From Octopus sinensis (taxonomy: Eukaryota), in NCBI RefSeq assembly GCF_006345805.1, contig NW_021835065.1:1-44386 (forward strand): a DNA stretch of 44,386 nucleotides. Direction: 5' to 3'. Position numbers and translations under genes: made by a program. Below are positions 37,600 to 44,386 of this stretch, in pieces (position 1 is the stretch's first letter; every line of letters starts with the position of its first letter). The notes under the pieces were generated by a model. That model had not been told where the DNA came from, made no database searches, and worked only from the letters and a program-made list of their open reading frames with translations.

Positions 37600-37771
37600 A
37601 GGCGCAGGAGTGGCTGTGTTGTAAGTAGCCTGCTTACCAACCTCAAAGCTCCTGGTTCAGTTCCACTGCGTGTCACTTTGGGCAAGTGTCTTCTACTATA
37701 TACTCGGGCTGACCAAAGCCTTGTGAGTGGAATTGGTAGACGGAAACTGAAAGAAGCCCGTCATATATATG

Positions 37772-37810
<39 letters not shown>

Positions 37811-37972
37811 TATATATATATATATGTGGGTGTGTGTGTGTGTGTGTGTGTGTGCATGTGTGTGTGTGTGCATGTTTGTGTGTCTCTGTTTGACCCCCAC
37901 ATCACTGGACAACCGATACTTGTGTGTTTACGTCCCCGTAACTTAGCGGTTCGGCTAAAGAGCCCGATAGAA
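37600..37972 (+). mobile_element. SINE family A, 3'-truncated
   Basis: Head GGCGCAGGAGTGGCTG through GCCCGATAGAAT. Confidence 0.88.
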
Positions 37973-38014
37973 TATATATATATATACTTTATTTAAAGCA
38001 GCAGAAAATTCAAC

Positions 38015-38061
38015 AAAACCTGTTACTCTGAGTTTCCCGTTGCCGTTCATCGGACAGTTTT
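38015..38061 (-). ncRNA. Minimal hammerhead motif, left-arm copy (core CCGATGA)
   Basis: AAAACTGT CCGATGA ACG-GCAA-CGG GAAA CTC-A-GAG TA ACAGGTTTT. Confidence 0.55.
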
Positions 38062-38069
38062 TGCTAGAA

Positions 38070-38115
38070 AAAACCGTCTGATGAACGGCAACGGGAAACT
38101 CAGAGTAACAGTTTT
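38070..38115 (+). ncRNA. Minimal type I hammerhead motif
   Basis: AAAACCGT CTGATGA ACG-GCAA-CGG GAAA CTC-A-GAG TA ACAGTTTT; GUA site after 38107; first stem II pair is A.G. Confidence 0.72.
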
Positions 38116-38488
38116 GTTGAATTTTCTGCTGCTTTAAATAAAGCATATTACTCTACCACTGGTATTTGAGTACTCTTTTTTCCACCTTGTTTCATATTTA
38201 TGTGTTTATTCCGGTATATATATATATATATGTATATGTATTTGTGTATGTATATACATATATGTATGTGTGTGTGTAAGAATATTCCTATATATATGAA
38301 TGTGTGTAGTAATGGAAATAGATTTACAAACAAAAGGTGCGCTGAGCTGTGTGGGTGAGGCTAGAAAATGAGATGGGGGTAAGAACGCTTTAAACCAGAA
38401 CCCAATGAGCAGAGAAAAAACAAGAAGCACCACCCCATTCGTACCTCCATTTGTGTGTCTTTTCACACACACACACACACACTCTGCT

Positions 38489-38532
<44 letters not shown>

Positions 38533-38615
38533 CATTTTATGTAAAAGGTTCTTTGCTCTCTATTGATGCTTCCTTCTTGGATTGAGCGGAAATATACAGG
38601 TATTAATATATACAT

Positions 38616-38865
38616 GACGAGAGGCAAAAACCTCGAAACTATAGTCCGTACGTATCACTTAGGTTTTCGAGAGGGGATGACCTCCCTTTGCGAATATCAG
38701 AAGAGCACAGAAAGTGTGTCTAAAGCCAGCTGGAGACGATGATCTCCTGGGGCTAAAAGCTTCAGTAACACCCACCCCCAGTGGCTAGCCACATTGCGAT
38801 GGCTGGTACACTTTACGTTTACAACTCGGTTACTGTTTACATCTCGTTCGGAGATTTATTAATGC
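38616..38865 (+). mobile_element. 250-bp HHR-bearing insert with 12-bp TSD; candidate circularly permuted retrozyme monomer
   Basis: TSD TAATATATACAT at 38604-38615 and 38866-38877; starts (T)GACGA GAGG-CAAAAA-CCTC GAAA CTATAG TC CGT and ends ...GATTTATTAATGC. Confidence 0.72.
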
Positions 38866-38938
38866 TAATATATACATTCTTTCATACATAATGCATACAT
38901 GCAAACGCACGTGTGTATATACATACATACATACATTA

Positions 38939-39102
38939 GGCGTAGGAGTGGCTGTGTGGTAAGTAGCTTGCTTACAAACCACATGGTTCCGGGTTCAGTC
39001 CCACTGCGTGGCAACTTGGGTAAGTGTCTTATACTATAGCCTCGGGCCGACCAAAGCCTTGTGAGTGGATTTGGTAGACGGAAACTGAAAGAAGCCCGTC
39101 GT
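38939..39102 (+). mobile_element. SINE family A 5' half, followed by a family B tail fragment (39119-39225)
   Basis: Near-consensus head to GAAGCCCGTCG; then AGTACCAGTTACGCACT...TGTCTGTCCTTGTTTG. Confidence 0.88.
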
Positions 39103-39608
39103 ATATATATATATATTTAGTACCAGTTACCAGTTACGCACTAGCGTTGATGTAATCGATTTAATCGCTTTGTCTGTCCTTGTTTGTTCCTTTTTTGTTT
39201 GTTCCTCAGCGAGCATTTAAGAAATATGTATGTATGTATGTATATGGAAAGCGGACGTTAATTGATAAGGAAGGTATATATATATACATATGTCTAGATA
39301 TGGATTTTACGGCTCGTCAAATAACAACTGGCTTTGCCAAAGTCCCTATATTTTAAAATAACCAGATCAGATATTGGATTCCTAACTACGTGAAAACTAT
39401 TTCTCATTAAACAAAAAAAAAAAAAAAAAAGCAGAAGAAAAATCTCAGAAAAATAAAAGAAATAATTTATTACGATTTAAAATCCCATTTTCATGCTGGT
39501 TGATTTTTCATAGCATTTTTATTTCTCCTTATTGATCAAATTATTTAGTTATAACGTTTGAGATATTTTTGAGCGCCAGATTTTTATCCTTTTTTTATAT
39601 TGTAAATA

Positions 39609-39750
39609 GCATCATCATCATCATGATCATCATCATCATGATCATCATCATCATCATCATCATATTATTATATTATTATTATTATTATTATTATCATTGT
39701 CATTATTATCACCATCTTCATCATCATCATCATTATTATTATAATTATTG

Positions 39751-39783
<33 letters not shown>

Positions 39784-39784
39784 G

Positions 39785-39831
<47 letters not shown>

Positions 39832-39982
39832 TATTATTATTATTATTGTTTTTATTATTATTATTATTATTATTGTTTTTATTATTATTATTATTGTTTT
39901 TATTATTATTATTATTTTATTGTTTTTATTATTATTATTATTATTGTTTTTATTAATATTATTACTATTATTATTATTATTG

Positions 39983-40014
<32 letters not shown>

Positions 40015-40030
40015 TGTTCTTGTAATTATT
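39609..40030. repeat. (CAT)n/(ATT)n microsatellite complex
   Basis: Direct reading. Confidence 0.95.
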
Positions 40031-40556
40031 ATTTTATCCATAATATTAACGTTTCTGTTGGTTCTAGAGAGGAGGGGAATATATTTTTCATGCATATATT
40101 TCGTTTTATTGACATACGTTTTTCCACATAGTTATTAAAAACTCTTATCGCGAAACAAATAACAATCATTAATTTTGAATTATAATTCATATACATTGCA
40201 CTTTCTATTTTGCTAATTCTCCCTCTAATTCCTTCTCATATCCATCTACTTTTTTCTAGCTTTCTTCATTTTTTCTCTCTTTCTGCCTTTGTTTCCTTTA
40301 CAACGCTTTTTCCTCGCTCATTCTTACATTCTTTTTTTAGAATCTCATATTCTCACTTCCACCCTTTATCAATTATTTTCTCCTTACCCTCGCAGTATTA
40401 CTCACTCTCTCTCTCTCTCTCTCTTTCGCTCCCTTTCTACTCCTCAGCATCGGTATCTCACTTTTTTTCTCAATCTCACTCATTATACACATATATACAC
40501 ACATACACATACACGTACACACAAATATATCTGTATACACACACACATATTTATCT

Positions 40557-40622
<66 letters not shown>

Positions 40623-40652
40623 ATATATATCCTTTCACTCACTTTTTTTAAT

Positions 40653-40786
40653 AGTTACTTGTTTCAGTTATTTGACTGCGGCCATGCTGAAGCACCACCT
40701 TAGTCGAAAAAATCGACCCCAGGACTTGTTCTTTGTCAGCTTAGTTCTTATTCTATCAGTTTTCTTTTGCCGAACCGCTAAGTTAC
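40653..40786 (-). mobile_element. SINE family A 3' fragment
   Basis: TTACTTGTTTCAGT..TTTGACTGCGGCCATGCTG...GCCGAACCGCTAAGTTAC. Confidence 0.85.
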
Positions 40787-41274
40787 ATATATATATATAT
40801 ATATATGATGATCATATATATATATATATACAGAGCGAGAGAGCGAGAGAGGAGAGATAGACAGATAAATAGATAGACAGAGAAAGAGAGATAAGGCGGA
40901 AGAGAGAATAAGGGATACACACACACACACACACACACAACAATTATCACAAGCAGTTTTCTCTCAATGTCGTTTCATTTATTCTCCCGTTCTAACGGTT
41001 CATGGTCATCTTGTGTATATTCCTCCTACGTCTTATTCTCAGGAAGAAAAAAGCCTTATCGAATCTTTCCCTCCACCTCCAATACTGTCATCGTCGCCAT
41101 CGTCGTCGTCGTCATCATCATCTCCATCATCATCATTATCCTCATCATTATCCTCATCATCATCATCATCGCCAGCACCATCAGCAGTATCTTCATCATC
41201 TTGCTTTTATCGTTGTCATCATCTTTTCCACCATCACCATTCTCCCTTACAGCAGCAACAGGAACAACAGCAAT

Positions 41275-41310
<36 letters not shown>

Positions 41311-41645
41311 GGAGGCGCAATGGCCCAGTGGTTAGGGCAGCGGACTCGCGGTCGGAGGATCACGGTTTCGACTCTGAGACCGGGCGTTGTGTGTGTTTAT
41401 TCAGCGAAAACACCTAAAGCTCCATGAGGCTCCGGCAGGGGGTGGTGGCGACCCCTGTTGTACTCTTTCGCTCCAACTTTCTCTCACTCTTTCTTCCTGT
41501 TTCTTGTCCCCGACTTTCTACGCAACTGCTGAGCCTGGATGAGCATTCATCCATCCGTCGATGCTCTCGGTGTCGGGGGGGTTGATCTGCTTTCTCTTCT
41601 GCGGGTCTTACGAATAGCAAAGGACCACGTTTCGGACTTCTCCCA
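41311..41645 (+). mobile_element. SINE family C, tail type 3
   Basis: Head GGAGGCGCAATGGCCCAGTGGTTAGGGCAGCGGACTCGCGG, shared body to CTCTCACTCTTTC, then an unrelated tail. Confidence 0.8.
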
Positions 41646-42169
41646 TTCTGAAACGAAGACCGCTTCGCTCAGCAGCAACAGCAGCAGGAACAACAGCAAT
41701 AGCGACAGTAGCAGCAGCAGCAGCAGCAGCGCAGTGATTAAAGCCTCACCAATTATCATCATCATACACCTCTTGCTTTCCTTTTATCGATTTACACTTC
41801 AATATTATTAAAGCCATTTTAGTAAATGGCGTAATGACCACCATGTTGATGACTCAACGATTCCAGTTCGATCCCGGATTGCAGTCAGTTGTCTTTTAAT
41901 GTCCCGGTTATGTCGCTTGTTGCTGATAGTATCTAAATTATTTTTTTTCTAGAACTGGCGAGCCTTGTGGTCCTTAAAATGACATATGGTGTCTGAAGTG
42001 CTGGAACCTCAATTCTATCGAGATGTGCCCAGTTGCCTATTCTAAAGAATTTGAGTCAATTGAAACGATAGACCTTTTCTCTTACCTCTTCATGAACTTT
42101 GTATCCCCTTCAAGGGTCTCACACATTTTTTCTGAGTAATCTGTTAACTAGGATCATTAAAAGAACAAC

Positions 42170-42360
42170 TCATGGCTGTCCACGTCGTGTGCATGCACGC
42201 TCGTGACTGACAGGTCCGATTAGGGAAAGGCAGGTCCGTGAGCAGTGTCCACAGACGAAGGTAACATCCGGTGTGGTGTCAGAGGCGGCTCTCGCCTTCC
42301 TCCTGCATCTCTTGTCTTTAAGTGCGTCTCTTGTCTTTAAGTGCGTCTCTTGAAAAGAAC
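42170..42360 (-). mobile_element. RTE-type LINE C-terminal fragment with one zinc finger
   Basis: LKDKRCRRKARAAS....FVCGHCSRTCLSLIGPVSHERAC, the typical RTE/BovB-type C..C.R.C.S.IGL.SH.R end. Confidence 0.8.
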
Positions 42361-42378
42361 TAAATGTCAAATAAATGT

Positions 42379-42679
42379 GGGGGGCACATGGCCTAGTGGT
42401 TAGAGCAGCGGACTCGCGGTCGAGGGATCGCGGGTTCGAATCTCAGAATGGGCGATGTGTGTGTTTATGAGCGAAACACCTAAGTTCGCCATTACCGTCT
42501 TAGGTAATGGCGATCTTCTGCTGACTCTTTCGCCACAACTTTCTCTCACTCTTTCCTCCTGCATCTTGCAGCGCACCTGCGACGGACCGGCGTCCCGTCC
42601 ATGTGGGGAACCTATACGCCAAGGAGACCGGGAAACCGGCCCTTATGACCCAGGCATGGATCGAGAAAGAACAAACAAA
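42379..42679 (+). mobile_element. SINE family C, tail type 2
   Basis: Box A TGGCCTAGTGG, box B GGTTCGAATC; matches 33329-33630; flanked by AAATGT. Confidence 0.9.
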
Positions 42680-42829
42680 TGTTATCTCATGATTTAATGA
42701 AGAATAACTTCGAAAAGTAGCAGCATTAATTGATACAACTGCAAGAAGAGACAAAATGGAAATAAATGCAGAATAAATTTAGATAATAAGAATGGTTTTA
42801 CTTTTAGCACAAACCTAGTAATTTTGGGA

Positions 42830-43200
42830 GTAAGGGGTAAGTCGATTACATCGACCCCAGCGTTCAACTGGAGAAGATGAAAGGCAACGTCGGCCACGGC
42901 GAAATTGGGACTCAGATCTTAAAGATGTGTGAAATACAGGTACGCATTTTATCCGTAAAGCTAATGATTCTGCCAGCGCGCAAATTGATAATGAATGTTA
43001 GTTTCGGGCTGAACGAGAGAGGGAGTTTTTCGATTGCATAGATCCGAGTACTAGGCCTTGCCTTTTCATCATTTCGGGGTCGAAATAATGAAACGCAAAT
43101 TTGATCCCAGTGGAATTTGAACTCAGAACGTAAAGAGCTGAGAGAAGTATCACTAATTATTTTGTCCAATGTGGTAACGGTTTCGCCAGTTCGCTGCCTT
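42830..43200. mobile_element. Degenerate SINE family B fragments
   Basis: GTCGATTACATCGACCCCAG...GATGAAAGGCAA; GGAATTTGAACTCAGAACGTAA...CAGTTCGCTGCC. Confidence 0.65.
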
Positions 43201-43796
43201 AATAATAATAATAATAAATGAGCCGTAAACAGTAAATGTCTGAGAAGGAACTCAGAAATGTACCAATAATTAAAAGTTATACAGGTTTAACAAATGACTC
43301 CTTTAAATTGCGATGTAACAAGGCATACGCACAAAACTCCACTTCGACGAGCAGGCACACCTTAGTCATAACACATTTGGAACATGAAAGATAAACTTAG
43401 CATTATCAACATTATCAAACAGAAAATGTTGCACCACCAGAAACTTTACAGGTTTTTATTATTTACACACCACTGAAATGTTCGAAATCTTTCATCCTCG
43501 GAATAGATTGAATAAAAATTCAATATTTATATGTCATCATGTCGTATATATATATATATATATATAAATATAATATATATATATATATATGAAATTAAGG
43601 TGACTGAAGAAGGGGAATGTTTCCTTGTTTGTATGTCCTGTACTCTATTTTTTCGTTGTTTAAAAAATGTCCATTTGCTCGGTTTTGTGTTTATGTTTTC
43701 GTTTCTCATTGTGTGTCTGTACCCATATGCATGTATATATACATGTAGAGGTAGGTACGTACATATATGTATGTATAATATGATTTTTATTATATT

Positions 43797-43861
<65 letters not shown>

Positions 43862-44386
43862 TGAGTCATTGCAAAGTAACAAATCATTAACTGTGTACTT
43901 AATTATACTATATTCATTTCAAACATGCATGAAGAGAAAATGGTGTTACCGGCCCACTCTTATAATCCCAAAATTTGTACCTGTCACAAAAGTTATATAT
44001 TCATATAATTTTATACAAAGCTATACCGCTTAGTCTACACCGCAATTGACTTTCACTCCAAACAACATTTCATATTTTATTATCCCTTCTTTTCTCCTAA
44101 ACAATTATCCTTTCATATATTTTCATCTAAAGTTAACCACCAACCTATAAAAAAACCCACTCTTTCTCCTTGCTCTCTCTCTCTCGCTTTCTATCTCTCT
44201 CTCTCTCTTTCTCCCGCTCTCGCTCAGTCTTTTTCTATTTTTTGTTCACCTTTTCTTTCTGTTTCGGTTTATTCATACTTCTCAGTTCACCCCAAATTTA
44301 CCAACAATTTTTCTGCTGTTTTTTCTTCTTCTTATTCTATATTTTCCTCCTTGCATTTCTTGCTATTCATACAGTTGCACTGTCCA

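Larger units (their letters stand above)
37987..38143. repeat. 157-bp near-perfect palindrome centred on CTAG
   Basis: CTTTATTTAAAGCAGCAGAAAATTCAACAAAAC... / ...GTTTTGTTGAATTTTCTGCTGCTTTAAATAAAG. Confidence 0.95.

Noticed and set aside
39569-40138. Hydrophobic poly-Leu/Ile ORFs resembling membrane proteins
   Set aside because: (ATT)n/(CAT)n microsatellite translation
41311-41390. tRNA genes at SINE heads (also 42379, 36585, 17207)
   Set aside because: Box A/B are present but there is no complete cloverleaf, and each continues into a SINE body
43600-43720. CTGAAGA-AGGGGAA start of a possible hammerhead in a TA-flanked island
   Set aside because: No complementary CCCC-GAAA second half downstream

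Overview
AT-rich animal (eukaryotic) non-coding DNA, most likely from an octopus or related coleoid cephalopod. That assignment is inferred from the tRNA-derived SINE families and the very high microsatellite density. I cannot support any host protein-coding exon; nearly all ORFs in the track are microsatellite read-throughs or transposon fragments. The window is a mosaic of at least four SINE families (about 25 copies or fragments), 3' ends of RTE-type and CR1/L2-type LINEs, decayed Tc1/mariner elements, two GG...CC MITEs with 8-bp TSDs and a non-autonomous Helitron. The main unexpected signal is a set of type I hammerhead ribozyme (HHR) motifs from at least four unrelated sequence families, all with a palindromic stem III. 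They sit in three architectures: (1) long near-perfect palindromes at 8883-9718 and 37987-38143; (2) a 1.4-mer of a 478-bp unit at 10508-11173; (3) a single 250-bp insert at 38616-38865 with a 12-bp TSD, whose two ends rejoin to rebuild the CUGACGA catalytic core, as expected of a retro-integrated circular RNA (retrozyme/Penelope-like biology). Two SINE-LINE partner relationships can also be read directly from shared 3' tails.
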